In this document: positions 36,067 through 47,231 of the stretch, one piece after another
Numbering within the stretch: position 1 is the stretch's first letter
How the letters are laid out: each line of letters opens with the position of its first letter
DNA from: Candidatus Daviesbacteria bacterium
GTDB taxonomy: Bacteria; Patescibacteriota; Microgenomatia; Daviesbacterales; UBA10151
DNA length: 64,000 nt
Direction: 5' to 3'
NCBI GenBank assembly: GCA_016186955.1
Contig: JACPKP010000004.1
Span: 5,942 to 69,941 of the forward strand
Program-made: the position numbers and the translations under genes
Notes under the pieces: generated by a model
The model's input: only the letters and a program-made list of their open reading frames with translations
Told to the model about the DNA's origin: nothing
Databases searched by the model: none

Positions 36067-39000
36067 ATGTCCAAGTTTGTCCATCTTCACACCCACACCG
36101 AATATTCGCTTTTGGACGGATTATCCAAAATTCCCCAACTGGTTAAATCAGCTAAGGATTTAGGCATGGAAGCCTTAGCCATCACCGACCATGGGGTTTT
36201 GTATGGGGCCATAGAATTTTATAAAACCTGCCAGTCGGCAGGTCTAAAACCAATAATAGGTTGCGAGCTTTATGTTGCCAAAAGGTCCTATAAAGATAAG
36301 GAAGGAAGGCTTGATTCAGAACCGTACCATCTGACAGTTCTTGCTAAAAATTTACAGGGATACAAAAATTTGATGAAACTGGTTTCTATATCCCATCTGG
36401 AAGGTTTTTATTACAGGCCCAGGGTTGATAAAAAACTCTTAGAGGAGTTTGGTGAGGGACTTATTGGCCTTTCAGGTTGCCCGGCAGGGGAATTTGTCAG
36501 AAGCCTGCCTGCCGGTCAGGCAGGTTTGGATGACCAAAAATTGGAGAAAGCCCGGGAAGTAGCCCAATTGTATTTGAGTATATTTGGTGAAGGAAATTTT
36601 TATTTTGAACTCCAGAACCATTTTTATAGTGAGCTTTTAAAAAACCCGGATCTTTTGGATATAGACAAGAGGGACCTGGAAAATATGGGCAAACTGCAGG
36701 AAATGACATGGAAGGCAGTCAGGGAATTGTCAAAAAAATTAAGTATCCCGATGGTTGCCACAAATGACTTGCACTATATCAAAAAGGAAGACGCTGAGGC
36801 GCAGGATTGCTTAGTTTGTATTCAGACGGGAAAATTCCTTACTGACACAAACAGGTTGAGGATGTTTAACACTCCGAACTTATATCTTAAATCAGCTGAT
36901 GAGATGGCAGAGGCATTTGGGGATATACCTGAAGCTTTAGAATCTACAGTCAAAATAGCAAACAGTTGTAATTTGGAAATTTCTTTGGGAAAAGCCAGGT
37001 TTCCCATATTCCAGGCGCCGGATCAAAAATCATCAGCTGATTATTTAAAAGAACTTACGTATCAGAAAGCGAAAGAAAAATTGGAATTGACGGATGAAAT
37101 TAAAGAAAGATTGGATTATGAGCTTGGTTTGATTGAACTGAAAAATTATGCAGATTATTTTTTAGTGGTTAGTGATTTTATAAACTGGGCGCACGAACGG
37201 GGGATTATTACCAACACCAGAGGTTCTGCTGCGGCATCGCTGGTTTTATACAGTTTAGGGGTGACAAATTTTAACCCTTTAGAGTATTTTCTGCCTTTTG
37301 ACAGGTTTTTAAATAAGGATAGGCCCACCCTACCTGATATTGATGCGGATTTGGCTGACGACAGGCGGGATGAAATTATCCAATATGTTTCGGATAAATA
37401 CGGTGAAGATAAAGTTGCCCATATTGTCACTTTTGGGACCATGATGGGGAGGGCAGCGATTCGGGATATCGGCAGGGTGATGGGTGTAGCTTATGGGGAG
37501 GTTGACAGGATTGCCAAACTGGTCCCCCCTCCCCACCAGGGGTTTCATAAACCCTTAAAGGATGCGGTAAGAGAAGTGCCTGAACTTGCAGACCTATACA
37601 AAAACGACCCTAAATATAAAAAATTATTGGATTTGGCTATCAAAGTGGAAGGTACGGTCAGGCATGCCTCTGTCCATGCTGCAGGGATAGTTATCTCCCC
37701 GGAACCGCTGACGGATTTCACCCCGCTTCAGCGGGAATCCAACGGGGATAAAGTTGTTACCCAATACGATATGTTTGCAGTGGAAGATGCGGGTCTTGTA
37801 AAAATGGATTTTTTAGGAATCAGGAATTTATCAATTTTGGGCAGGGCGGTCGAATTTGTGGAAGCAAATGGGGTAAAAATTGATTTGGATAATATCCCCC
37901 TTGATAATGAGCGCAGCTCCATCCATCCTTATTTACCGCCGGATGGATGTAAAAAAGCTTATGAGCTTTTAAAAAGAGGGGAAACAATGGGAATTTTCCA
38001 GCTCTCCAGCGCCGGTATGACTAAATATTTAATTGACCTTCAACCAAACAGCATCAGAGACCTGTCGGCAATGGTTGCACTCTACCGCCCGGGTCCTCTT
38101 AGCGCAATTCCGGATTATATCGCCAGAAAAAGAAACCCCAAACTGATTAAATATTTCGATCCCAGGATGGAGGAATACATGAAGGAATCACTGGGGCTTT
38201 TGGTTTACCAGGATGATGTTTTAAATACCGCTGTCAGGCTTGCCGGTTATTCATGGCAGGATGCGGATAAATTCAGGAAAGCGATGGGTAAAAAGATCCC
38301 CTCGGAGATGGCCAAACAAAAAGATAAGTTTGTTGAAGGTTGTGTAAAAAACGGGATGATTCAGTCTAAAGCAGAAGATTTATTTGAACTGATTGCCCCG
38401 TTCTCGGCCTATGGTTTTAATAAGGCTCATGCCGCATCTTATGCAATGATTGCTTACCAGACAGCCTATATGAAAGCAAATTACCCTGTTGAATTTATGG
38501 CAGCGGTTATGACTGCCGAATATGGGGATTCTGATAAGATTGCTGAGGCTATTGAAGAATGCAAGAGGATGGGTATAGTGGTACTGCCTCCTGATATTAA
38601 TTTTTCCAAGGTGGGTTTTACCCTGGAAAAACTCAGGGGTTTGAAAGAGCAGGATTTGGAGAGGCAGTTGACTGAAGGGGGTAAGGAAAAAGAAGGGATC
38701 CGTTTTGGGCTTTCCGCCATTAAAAATGTCGGGCTGTTGGCTATAGAATCCATACTCAAAACCAGGGATGAAAAGCCTTTTGAGAGCCTTTTTGACCTTT
38801 GTTTGAGGGTAGATACCAGGTTGGTAAACAGAAAAACATTGGAGAGTGTAATAAAAGCAGGGGCTTTGGACTCATTCGGTTCAAGGGCTGCCCAACTTTT
38901 GGCGCTCGATCAATGTTTGGAAGAAGCGCATAAAAGCTCTAAAGCTAAAATTTCCGGCCAAACCTCCCTGTTTGACAGTGAAGAGCTTGGAGCCGGGTCA

Positions 39001-39684
39001 AAAATAACGCTTCCTGTAATTGAAGAGATGTCTGTTGATAAGCTTCTGGTGTTTGAAAAGGAGCTGTTAGGTTTTTATCTGCATGAACCTCCTTATCTGG
39101 AGAATCTGCGCAAAGTTACTATCTTGACAGGTATAAAATTTTTAGACATTTCAGATGATGACATCAATAAAAAATTGACTTTGGGCGGAGTTGTTGCAGA
39201 GGTGAAAAAAGTCATGACCAAAAAATCAGCCCAGGAGATGGCTTTTGTAAAGTTGTCTGATGGGACAGGGGAGATTGAATGTGTTATTTTCCCCACTATT
39301 TATGCCCAAAATAAACAGATACTCGAAAAAGAGGAGGTGCTTTTGATAAGCGGCCGTATTGACAAAAGGGAAGATGATTACTCGTTGATAGTTGAATCGC
39401 TGCAAAAATTTGATCCGGATAGTCATGAAAACAAATTGGGTTGGGTTGAAACAGATTTTGTTTCCAAAGTAGAGATAGATATTCCCCAAAAAGCCAATGG
39501 AGATTTACTAAAAAAGATTAATTCCCTGCTTAGGCAGTCTCCGGGTAATTCTCCAGTCTCAATTTTGATACCGATTGGGAACTCTGTTAAAAAAATTAGC
39601 CTTTCTTTTGCTATTAATCCAAGCCAGGAACTTATTAAAAATATTGAAACAATTCTGGGTCCGAACTCAGTCCGCTTGATTTGA
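36067..39684 (+). CDS. dnaE: DNA polymerase III alpha subunit
   Basis: 1205 aa. PHP domain HLHTHTEYSLLDG, a polymerase core, and a C-terminal OB fold. Confidence 0.9.
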   Translation: MSKFVHLHTHTEYSLLDGLSKIPQLVKSAKDLGMEALAITDHGVLYGAIEFYKTCQSAGLKPIIGCELYVAKRSYKDKEGRLDSEPYHLTVLAKNLQGYKNLMKLVSISHLEGFYYRPRVDKKLLEEFGEGLIGLSGCPAGEFVRSLPAGQAGLDDQKLEKAREVAQLYLSIFGEGNFYFELQNHFYSELLKNPDLLDIDKRDLENMGKLQEMTWKAVRELSKKLSIPMVATNDLHYIKKEDAEAQDCLVCIQTGKFLTDTNRLRMFNTPNLYLKSADEMAEAFGDIPEALESTVKIANSCNLEISLGKARFPIFQAPDQKSSADYLKELTYQKAKEKLELTDEIKERLDYELGLIELKNYADYFLVVSDFINWAHERGIITNTRGSAAASLVLYSLGVTNFNPLEYFLPFDRFLNKDRPTLPDIDADLADDRRDEIIQYVSDKYGEDKVAHIVTFGTMMGRAAIRDIGRVMGVAYGEVDRIAKLVPPPHQGFHKPLKDAVREVPELADLYKNDPKYKKLLDLAIKVEGTVRHASVHAAGIVISPEPLTDFTPLQRESNGDKVVTQYDMFAVEDAGLVKMDFLGIRNLSILGRAVEFVEANGVKIDLDNIPLDNERSSIHPYLPPDGCKKAYELLKRGETMGIFQLSSAGMTKYLIDLQPNSIRDLSAMVALYRPGPLSAIPDYIARKRNPKLIKYFDPRMEEYMKESLGLLVYQDDVLNTAVRLAGYSWQDADKFRKAMGKKIPSEMAKQKDKFVEGCVKNGMIQSKAEDLFELIAPFSAYGFNKAHAASYAMIAYQTAYMKANYPVEFMAAVMTAEYGDSDKIAEAIEECKRMGIVVLPPDINFSKVGFTLEKLRGLKEQDLERQLTEGGKEKEGIRFGLSAIKNVGLLAIESILKTRDEKPFESLFDLCLRVDTRLVNRKTLESVIKAGALDSFGSRAAQLLALDQCLEEAHKSSKAKISGQTSLFDSEELGAGSKITLPVIEEMSVDKLLVFEKELLGFYLHEPPYLENLRKVTILTGIKFLDISDDDINKKLTLGGVVAEVKKVMTKKSAQEMAFVKLSDGTGEIECVIFPTIYAQNKQILEKEEVLLISGRIDKREDDYSLIVESLQKFDPDSHENKLGWVETDFVSKVEIDIPQKANGDLLKKINSLLRQSPGNSPVSILIPIGNSVKKISLSFAINPSQELIKNIETILGPNSVRLI

Positions 39685-39713
39685 GGGCTTATTTAAGATA
39701 AAATTGCAAGATC

Positions 39714-40028
39714 ATGCTTTCATTACAGTTTAAAGACAACAGTGTAGATATTGGCGATACTGTCCGGATAAAAAGCACTATTGTTGAAGGAGGAAAAACA
39801 AGGGCGCAGACTTTTAAGGGATTGCTGATTGCAATATCAGGCAGAGGCGAAAACAGAACTTTTAAGGTACGCCATATCGGACCTCAGGGTATAGGTGTGG
39901 AAAGAACCTGGCCCTTAAATGCCAAGTCGCTGGTGGATGTGGAGAGAGTCAAACCTGCTAAAAAAGTGAGGAGGGCAAAGCTTTATTATTTGAGGGACTT
40001 GACAGGCAAAATGGCAACCAGGGTATAA
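39714..40028 (+). CDS. rplS: 50S ribosomal protein L19
   Basis: GDTVRIKSTIVEGGKTRAQTFKGLLIAISGRGENRTFKVRHIGPQGIGVERTWPL. Confidence 0.9.
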   Translation: MLSLQFKDNSVDIGDTVRIKSTIVEGGKTRAQTFKGLLIAISGRGENRTFKVRHIGPQGIGVERTWPLNAKSLVDVERVKPAKKVRRAKLYYLRDLTGKMATRV

Positions 40029-40035
40029 TAACTTT

Positions 40036-40290
40036 ATGACAACTCCCGAAGGAGACTGTTTTCATTACCAGGATCTGGAAAAATTAGAAGAAAAGGGTGC
40101 AACGGTTGAGCAAGATGGTGATTTAACAATTATTAATTCAACAAAAGAATCTTTGGAGGAAGAGTTAAGGCAATTAGAAGAACACCTCAAATCCCACACT
40201 GATCCGATGGATCCAGACTATGAAGCAGATTTACTCCGTAGAGCCGGTATTGAGTATATCCTCACTAGGTTTTATACCCCAGTAGTATAA
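40036..40290 (+). CDS. hypothetical acidic small protein
   Basis: 84-aa ORF between rplS and rnhB. Confidence 0.35.
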   Translation: MTTPEGDCFHYQDLEKLEEKGATVEQDGDLTIINSTKESLEEELRQLEEHLKSHTDPMDPDYEADLLRRAGIEYILTRFYTPVV

Positions 40291-40299
40291 TTACCGAAT

Positions 40300-40917
40300 A
40301 TGGTTTATGCAAACTGTAGATTGGAAGAGAGACTTTGGCAAAAGGGATTTCAATATGTTTGCGGGATGGATGAGGTGGGCAGGGGATGTTTTGCTGGGCC
40401 GGTGGTTGTTGGAGCTGTAGTTTTTTCCCCTGATTCAAAAATACCGGTTGGAATAGCTGATTCAAAACTTCTCAAACCGCAGGTGCGGGAAAAACTTGCT
40501 GAGGAGATTAAACAGGTCATACCTTACTGTTCTACCGCTGTAATCGGTGTGGATTTCATAAATAAATTTGGCATCGGTAAGGCGACAATGATGGCTTTTA
40601 GGAAAGCAGTGAAACTTCTGGCAGTAAACCCTGACCATATTTTGGTAGACGCTTTTTATATTGACCACCTGGACCGTATAAAACAAACTGCTGTCAAGGA
40701 CGGGGATACAATTTGCTCATCAATTGCAGCAGCATCAATCATTGCCAAAGTATATCGGGATAAGCTAATGGAAGGTTTGCATGAAAAATATCCCCAATAT
40801 GGTTTTGCAATTCATAAAGGATATGGGACTAAAAAACACCAGGAGGCGATTAAAATCCATGGACTCAGTAAAATCCACAGAACCTCATTTAATCTAACAA
40901 AGTTTTTGGCAGTTTAA
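40300..40917 (+). CDS. rnhB: ribonuclease HII
   Basis: GMDEVGRGCFAGPVVVGAVVF and a downstream DSK motif. Confidence 0.9.
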   Translation: MVYANCRLEERLWQKGFQYVCGMDEVGRGCFAGPVVVGAVVFSPDSKIPVGIADSKLLKPQVREKLAEEIKQVIPYCSTAVIGVDFINKFGIGKATMMAFRKAVKLLAVNPDHILVDAFYIDHLDRIKQTAVKDGDTICSSIAAASIIAKVYRDKLMEGLHEKYPQYGFAIHKGYGTKKHQEAIKIHGLSKIHRTSFNLTKFLAV

Positions 40918-40943
40918 TTATTGTTCGAAGAATAATTCTTAAC

Positions 40944-41315
40944 ATGGTTTTTAAATATGCTAACAAGCGAACCGGAAAAAAAGGCGAGGAGTTGGCATGC
41001 AATTACCTCAAAAAATCAGGTTATAAAATCCTGTCCAGAAATTTTTTAATCAGGGGTGGAGAGATTGATATTATAGCCAGGGATGGGGACATACTGGTTT
41101 TTGTTGAAGTTAAAGCAAGGTATTCCCATGAATATGGCTTGCCTAAAGAATCAATCACGCCCTGGAAAATTAAGGCTTTGAAAAAAAGCGCCCTTTTTTA
41201 TATCCAAAAAATAAACTGGGGGAATAATCCTTACAGGTTTGACCTGGTTGGTATTGATTACGCTTTTTCTAAAGACAGTCCAGATATAGAACTTATCAAA
41301 AATATAACCTTTTAG
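40944..41315 (+). CDS. yraN: YraN family (UPF0102) endonuclease
   Basis: GEELACNYLKKSGYKILSRNFLIRGGEIDIIARDGDILVFVEVKAR. The rnhB-yraN linkage is typical. Confidence 0.85.
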   Translation: MVFKYANKRTGKKGEELACNYLKKSGYKILSRNFLIRGGEIDIIARDGDILVFVEVKARYSHEYGLPKESITPWKIKALKKSALFYIQKINWGNNPYRFDLVGIDYAFSKDSPDIELIKNITF

Positions 41316-41368
41316 TTGACAAGTAAAACCTATCTGATATAGTAATCTTAAAGCAATAGCTTTAAAAA

Positions 41369-42442
41369 ATGGAACCCAAAGCAGAGGTTCTAAAACATTC
41401 TTTAAAAAGATTTTCCAGGCGTAGTTTTTTAAAATATCCGGTTATCTTTGGGGCGGGACTTCTGGTTGGTAAACTGACTGCCCCTTGCCCCCTGATTGCT
41501 GAGGTGACAGATTGTCCGGATAACCCTGTTATTCCCCCGCCTCCGGCAAGAGAAGACCTATCTTCAAGATTTGGGCTGCATATCCCCAACGATGGCAGTT
41601 TTGATCCGGTGCAAATCATGGAAACAGGTGCAGGTTGGATTAGGTTTGTAGCTATGCAAGAAGATAAAGTTGACCCCACCAAAATACTAGAATATCTGGC
41701 CCGGTGCCGTCAGATTGGTATTAAATCCCTTGCTGTTGTTGCCAAAGAAAGCATTGGGGACCGTGATTTAAAAGATGCAGCCAGGTTTTTTGCCCAAGTT
41801 TATGATGGCGCTGTGGATGCATGGCAGATAGGTAATGAACCTGATGATACCAACCCCGATGGAAAATGGAGCTGGAAAATGGATGGGGTTTCTTTCACAA
41901 GCCTGCTCTGGATATTCAGGAACGCAATGGGTCAGAAAGCTTATCTTGTAGCAGGAGGTTTGGATACCAATAGGTTGGAATATTTACAGGATGTTGATTT
42001 AAGTTGGGTTAATGCGTTAGCGATACACCCCTATGGTCAGGGATTGCCTGACTGGCCCTCCCCTTATGGGTTTCCCGGACACATAGGACTTATGGTAGAT
42101 AAATATTTCAAGTATGCAAACATTTTCGGGAAAAAACTCTGGATTACTGAATGGGGGATCAACCATGACCATTTTGGGGAGAATTATGCAGCCGATTATA
42201 TAAGAAAAATGCTGACTTATTTAAGGGATTCTGTAGAGGTTAATACTAAAGTGGATAAAATATTTTATTACAATTTGTTTGATCAGGCCAACCAGGAATT
42301 TTCCCTTGTGCACACGGATTACACCAAAAAGCCTTCATATTATGCATTTAAGGATGTAGCTTTAGGTAAAACAACCGCAGTTGACCCAAAAAGATTGGAC
42401 AGTTTTTCCGATCTTTCCCACATAAGCCCCTTTCCGGGTTGA
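41369..42442 (+). CDS. Tat-secreted glycoside hydrolase, clan GH-A (GH5-like)
   Basis: Twin-arginine signal FSRRSFLKY. WQIGNEPD (NEP acid/base) and ITEWGI (TE nucleophile) are typical of clan GH-A. Confidence 0.55.
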   Translation: MEPKAEVLKHSLKRFSRRSFLKYPVIFGAGLLVGKLTAPCPLIAEVTDCPDNPVIPPPPAREDLSSRFGLHIPNDGSFDPVQIMETGAGWIRFVAMQEDKVDPTKILEYLARCRQIGIKSLAVVAKESIGDRDLKDAARFFAQVYDGAVDAWQIGNEPDDTNPDGKWSWKMDGVSFTSLLWIFRNAMGQKAYLVAGGLDTNRLEYLQDVDLSWVNALAIHPYGQGLPDWPSPYGFPGHIGLMVDKYFKYANIFGKKLWITEWGINHDHFGENYAADYIRKMLTYLRDSVEVNTKVDKIFYYNLFDQANQEFSLVHTDYTKKPSYYAFKDVALGKTTAVDPKRLDSFSDLSHISPFPG

Positions 42443-42533
42443 CACCTGCGGATTTTTAATGTTTTTAGGCTCAAGATTTGGTGCAAATTTTAGGACTTTT
42501 TATTAATAATTACTAGATGTTATACTAAAATTA

Positions 42534-43277
42534 ATGCTGCCTAAGATTTTAATTGGTATTGTGCTTTTAATAATTGGGGTAATATCCTTTGGTTTTTTAA
42601 CTAAAGATAATAATTCCTCTCCGCCTCCTTTTACTAACAACTTTACTCAAAACCCAAGAGAATCTGGTGATGAACCACCATTAAAGATAAAACACATAGG
42701 GGTTAACTTCGAGGATTTTGTTTTTTCCAAGGATTATTTGGAAGCTTTTGAAACACCATTTATGGGTTTTGGATATGTTATCCCAGCAGAAAAAAGTAGC
42801 ACTGGACAAAATAAGGCTAATCCTCAACCCACCTTTATCTTACCTTTGGGCACTAAGGTTTATGCAATAGTTGATGGGACTGTTGCAAATATCCCAACAC
42901 TTTGGAGTAATGATTTATCCATTCAGATTACTGAAAGTGGCAAGATGGAAAAATGGGTCTATGAGGTAGAACATGTAATAAATCCCAAGGTTACAGTGGG
43001 AGATAAAGTTAGGGCCGGTCAAGAGATTGCTGAGGTAAGTAACTATGATAAAAACTTAAAAGGTTTTGGGATTGTGGAAATAGGGATTTTAAAGGGTGGT
43101 AATCTACCTTCCCATGTCTGCCCGTTTGCCTATTTAGACCCCCAAGTTAAAGAAGAGACTGTTGCCAAGATTAAATCACTCTATAAAGGTTGGGAGGAAT
43201 ATATTAAAAGTACCTCTTTTTATAATGAAGCTGAAGAAGTCACAGGTTGTGTTAGCCTAAACCCCATTGATGGTTAA
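42534..43277 (+). CDS. membrane-anchored M23/LytM-like domain protein (possibly non-catalytic)
   Basis: N-terminal TM. VYAIVDGTVANI...VGDKVRAGQEIAEV follows the M23 beta-sheet pattern but no HxH was seen. Confidence 0.4.
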   Translation: MLPKILIGIVLLIIGVISFGFLTKDNNSSPPPFTNNFTQNPRESGDEPPLKIKHIGVNFEDFVFSKDYLEAFETPFMGFGYVIPAEKSSTGQNKANPQPTFILPLGTKVYAIVDGTVANIPTLWSNDLSIQITESGKMEKWVYEVEHVINPKVTVGDKVRAGQEIAEVSNYDKNLKGFGIVEIGILKGGNLPSHVCPFAYLDPQVKEETVAKIKSLYKGWEEYIKSTSFYNEAEEVTGCVSLNPIDG

Positions 43278-43383
43278 AAGGTTTTCAAAAGAAGCAAATT
43301 TTACTCTTGAGATCTTCATTATATTCTCGGTTGAGAAGTTATTGAAGTAAACTTCCACCCCCGGAGTGGAATTGTAGCTACAC

Positions 43384-44136
43384 CTAGGGATTTTGTAGCG
43401 CTTCTTTGCAGTTTTGCTCTATCCATTTCTGTTCGTCTGCACTTACAGGGATTGTCTTTCCATTAAAAATGATAGTTGTTTGTTTATCTTTTTCTGTAAT
43501 TAGCCTTTCAGGGCAGGTGTTTGGTGGAAGCACTTTTGATGAAACTACCTGCTGTCCAGTATTTTTGTGCAGACCGCGGTAAGAGTTTTTCAAAACATAA
43601 ATTTGAAAAGCAAAAAATCCAAAAATGAAAATGTTTATTAAAAGTACAATCAGGATGGCATTTCTCCTGCCCGCCCATCCCCATTTTTGATCCACCCATC
43701 TATAAATAAAATATGGTACCAAGGTAAGAAGAATCCAGAAAGTAAAGGTAAAAACTATTGTGTTAATAAGTGTCGGGCGCTGATCCAGTGGGGTTAATGT
43801 CCGTTGCTCCAATATCCAAAGGGTTGCTCCGATAATCCAAGCCAGTGGCCAGGTAAATATCCTGTATAGAATCCAGATTATTGTGCCGATTATAAGATAG
43901 GCAAAAGGACGATGCAGTAAACCATCTCCTAAAGCCAAATCCAGTATATGAAGTTTATAAGGACCTTCCCCACCTAATCCAGGTCCATATAAATAAGTTG
44001 GCAAGGCCGGTAGCTGTTCACCCAACAGAAAGAACATCAGCACAAAGAAGACAATAAAACTCCAAGGTAGTTTATAGTTTGAACGAAGCGAAAATTTTAA
44101 GCTTTGTTCATAACCACTTTTCCAATTAAAAAACAT
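43384..44136 (-). CDS. hypothetical multi-pass membrane protein
   Basis: 250 aa with 6-7 TM helices. Confidence 0.45.
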   Translation of the reverse strand: MFFNWKSGYEQSLKFSLRSNYKLPWSFIVFFVLMFFLLGEQLPALPTYLYGPGLGGEGPYKLHILDLALGDGLLHRPFAYLIIGTIIWILYRIFTWPLAWIIGATLWILEQRTLTPLDQRPTLINTIVFTFTFWILLTLVPYFIYRWVDQKWGWAGRRNAILIVLLINIFIFGFFAFQIYVLKNSYRGLHKNTGQQVVSSKVLPPNTCPERLITEKDKQTTIIFNGKTIPVSADEQKWIEQNCKEALQNP

Positions 44137-44444
44137 TATTTAAGTGTACACTATTTTTAGTGAAATCTGGTGAGTTCAAAAAACTATAAAATACATAGTA
44201 TTGATGCAATAATTTAATCATGAGTTAGAATCCTAAACAGTCTCTTGGCTATAGGATTGATTTTGAGGAGTTATCCACAATTTTTTCCTTTATCAAAATC
44301 AAACAGATGCGATTTTCTCTTAGACTGCTCCCTTTTGCCCATTTTTCGAATTATCCTTACTCTCTCAATATGCTAGAAAAAGCGACGGTAAGAAGCTAAG
44401 GAGTACAAGCGCTACGATTATAATGATCAGCCATTTTTTAAAAT

Positions 44445-47231
44445 TCATTGACGTAGCTTATTTAAGATTTCTCCCAACTTTTTTATTTCCTCTCCGTACC
44501 TGCCCCAATCTCCCTCCCTTTGTGCATTGATGGCAGATTGATACGCCTGACTAGCTTGTTGAAGAAGACCTTCTTTACTTTCATCGGCAGGTGCACTCAG
44601 GGCAGATTCTGCGGATGGTTTTGTTTGACCCTCGGTAGTGCCAAATATCTTAGCAAAGCCTGCTTCCAATGTCTCTTCCATGGCAATTTTATTTTCATAG
44701 GCAACAATAACCCGTTTGAGTTCCGGGATTTTTCCTGTTGCTGCCTTAAGATAAAGCGGCCGGACATAGACCAAGGATTCCTCAATTGGAATGACCAGAA
44801 GCGGGCCTTGAATTACCTCCGAACCGCCCTGATCCCAAAGGGAAATTTGCTGACTGATCTGTGCATCCTGACTTATCCGGCCGATAATCTGTTTGGGACC
44901 AAACACCAGTTTATCCTTGGGGAAACGGTAGACAACCAGCTTGCCATACTGCTCCCCGTCATTTCTGGCCACCATCCAGGCAGAAAGGTTATCTTTTGCT
45001 CTTGGGGTAAACGGCAGCATCAAAATATACTCCTCGGCTTTCTCACCAGGAAGCTTCATAATCATGTGCCGAGGATCCATTATCGGTACATTGTTGCCTG
45101 TTTGTGCCTCGCCCCCCTGGGCAATAGCAGGAATTTCCCACTGGTCCTCTTTATTGTAGAAAATCTGCGGGTTATCCATATGATAGGTTGTGTAGATTGC
45201 TGTTTGCAGAGTGAACAAATCTTGCGGATAGCGCAAATGAGCAGTTAAGCTTTTAGGCATTTCTGAAAGTGGAAGGAAAGTTTTGGGGAAAATTTTGGCG
45301 TAGGTTTTGATAATCGGATCATCCGGATCTGTTTGATAAAACTTAATCTCTCCTCCATAAGCATCTACCACTGCCTTGACTGAATTTCTAATATAGTTTA
45401 CGTTACCTCCATTTAACGGTAGTTTTTGGGAATATGGATAACGGTCGGTTGATGTATAGGCATCAAGTATCCAATACAACTTGCCCTCGGCAATCACCAA
45501 ATACGGGTCGCGGTCAAGGGTAAGAAATGGAGCAATTTTTGAAACCCTCTCTTTTATATTGCGGTAATAAATGATACGGCTCTCCTGGGTTACATCACTT
45601 GATAAAAATAATTTGAGGGAACCAAAGCGCAAAGCATACAGGAATCGGCGCAGGGGTGAGTTAATCTCAACGCCGCCTACTCCGCTATATGTGGTATAAA
45701 CATTTTCATCCCCTTTGGGGTAATCAAACTCTTTGGACTTAGTTCTGACTATCACATAATCATTGGGGATTTCGCCGTAATAGACTTCAGGCCTTGTGAC
45801 CTCAAGTTCTTTGACTTCGGATTTTGGAGGTAGGTCTTTAACAAATAACACCGGCAATCCTTCCGGAGTAACCTGGTTCACTGGTCCGGCAGCCACGCCG
45901 TAACCGTGAGTAAAGGTCAGCCGCTCATTAATCCAATTCTTGTTAGGTAGACTGTCGGAAGCCAATTCTCTGGGAGAAAGCATAATCTGGCGCACCTCAT
46001 TGTTGATTGTATAGCGATCGTTATCAACAGAGGTAAACTCGTAGTAAGTCCTAATCTCCTGGATTTGCGAAAAAGTGGACAGAAGCGGCGCTCTGTCCCA
46101 GAGTCTGACATTCTTGATGGTCAGATTGTTGGCCGCTATATCAGGAGCTGTAATCGGTTTATCCGCGGCTATTTCCCGCTCTTCCACCTTATCCAAACCA
46201 TAAGCCTTGCGACTCGCCTCAATGTTGTATTTGATAAAAGGCGTTTCTTTGGTAAGTTCATTGGGCGCAACTACCAGTTTTTGAAAAACACCAGGGATGA
46301 TTGAAGAAGCAAACCCGACTATGACAGTCAAAGAAATTGCTCCAAAAAGAGGCGCAATTTTTCCGCTCACACCATAAAATAAAGCCAGAATGGCAGCCGC
46401 CCCGTAAACAAATACAGATATGCGCAATATAGGTACCATAACATTGGCATCGGTGAAGGCCGCACCAAACACCGGGCCGCTCTGGCTGGTGAGTAAATTA
46501 TAAAGTGAAAAGTAGGTACCTGCGGCAATGGTTGAAAGAAAGAGAGATAATAGAATGCTGATATGCAGTCTGGCTTTTGGTTCGGTATGATCTCTCAAAG
46601 ATCTAATAATCAGACTTTCAGGCTTTACGGTTAATTTGGAGAGGTTAATTTTAGGGAAAAGGCTTGATAAATTGAGGCTACCCCGCAGAATGTAGATTGC
46701 ACCGCAACCGATAAGCGATATTAAAATAACGGTTTTTATAAGGCCAAGTCCAAAAGAGTATATAGGGAGGGAAAATACGTAAAAAGATACGTCAGCACCA
46801 AATAACGGGTCTTTTTGGCCAAACGGTACGGCTGAGAGGAATTTTAAAACGTCGTGCCAACTACTTGCGGCTAAAAAAGCGATAAAGATAGAAATAATAC
46901 AGCTTAAGATAATGCCAAGCTTTCCAAGCAAGCGATTACTGAGGTTTAAGGGTTGACCAAGACCAATCAGGGCTTCAGGGATACTTGCTATCCAGGGTAT
47001 TTTTGAACGGATGGCAATTAGTAGATTGGTAAGAAGAAATGCTGCTGCAAGAATTCCTGCTACAGTTCCCACAATGATTTTGGCAACGAGTGATTTGATA
47101 AAAATTTCGGTAAAACCAACCTCCTGGTACCACCACCAGTCGGTAATCAAAGAAACAATGCTTGAGAAGAAAATAAAAGTAACAAAGGCCAGACCTAAGA
47201 ATGTCAAGGAAAAAAATTTAGTGATGTTCAT
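44445..47231 (-). CDS. UPF0182 family membrane protein
   Basis: 928 aa. N-terminal multi-TM region beginning ...LITDWWWYQEVGFTEIF (the UPF0182 hallmark WxxEVGF) followed by a large extracytoplasmic domain. Confidence 0.6.
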   Translation of the reverse strand: MNITKFFSLTFLGLAFVTFIFFSSIVSLITDWWWYQEVGFTEIFIKSLVAKIIVGTVAGILAAAFLLTNLLIAIRSKIPWIASIPEALIGLGQPLNLSNRLLGKLGIILSCIISIFIAFLAASSWHDVLKFLSAVPFGQKDPLFGADVSFYVFSLPIYSFGLGLIKTVILISLIGCGAIYILRGSLNLSSLFPKINLSKLTVKPESLIIRSLRDHTEPKARLHISILLSLFLSTIAAGTYFSLYNLLTSQSGPVFGAAFTDANVMVPILRISVFVYGAAAILALFYGVSGKIAPLFGAISLTVIVGFASSIIPGVFQKLVVAPNELTKETPFIKYNIEASRKAYGLDKVEEREIAADKPITAPDIAANNLTIKNVRLWDRAPLLSTFSQIQEIRTYYEFTSVDNDRYTINNEVRQIMLSPRELASDSLPNKNWINERLTFTHGYGVAAGPVNQVTPEGLPVLFVKDLPPKSEVKELEVTRPEVYYGEIPNDYVIVRTKSKEFDYPKGDENVYTTYSGVGGVEINSPLRRFLYALRFGSLKLFLSSDVTQESRIIYYRNIKERVSKIAPFLTLDRDPYLVIAEGKLYWILDAYTSTDRYPYSQKLPLNGGNVNYIRNSVKAVVDAYGGEIKFYQTDPDDPIIKTYAKIFPKTFLPLSEMPKSLTAHLRYPQDLFTLQTAIYTTYHMDNPQIFYNKEDQWEIPAIAQGGEAQTGNNVPIMDPRHMIMKLPGEKAEEYILMLPFTPRAKDNLSAWMVARNDGEQYGKLVVYRFPKDKLVFGPKQIIGRISQDAQISQQISLWDQGGSEVIQGPLLVIPIEESLVYVRPLYLKAATGKIPELKRVIVAYENKIAMEETLEAGFAKIFGTTEGQTKPSAESALSAPADESKEGLLQQASQAYQSAINAQREGDWGRYGEEIKKLGEILNKLRQ

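Noticed and set aside
36497-39489. Multiple 60-95-aa antisense ORFs inside dnaE, and similar ones inside UPF0182, typA and the glycosyltransferases
   Set aside because: All are nested antisense to long, motif-supported genes. They are statistical ORFs.
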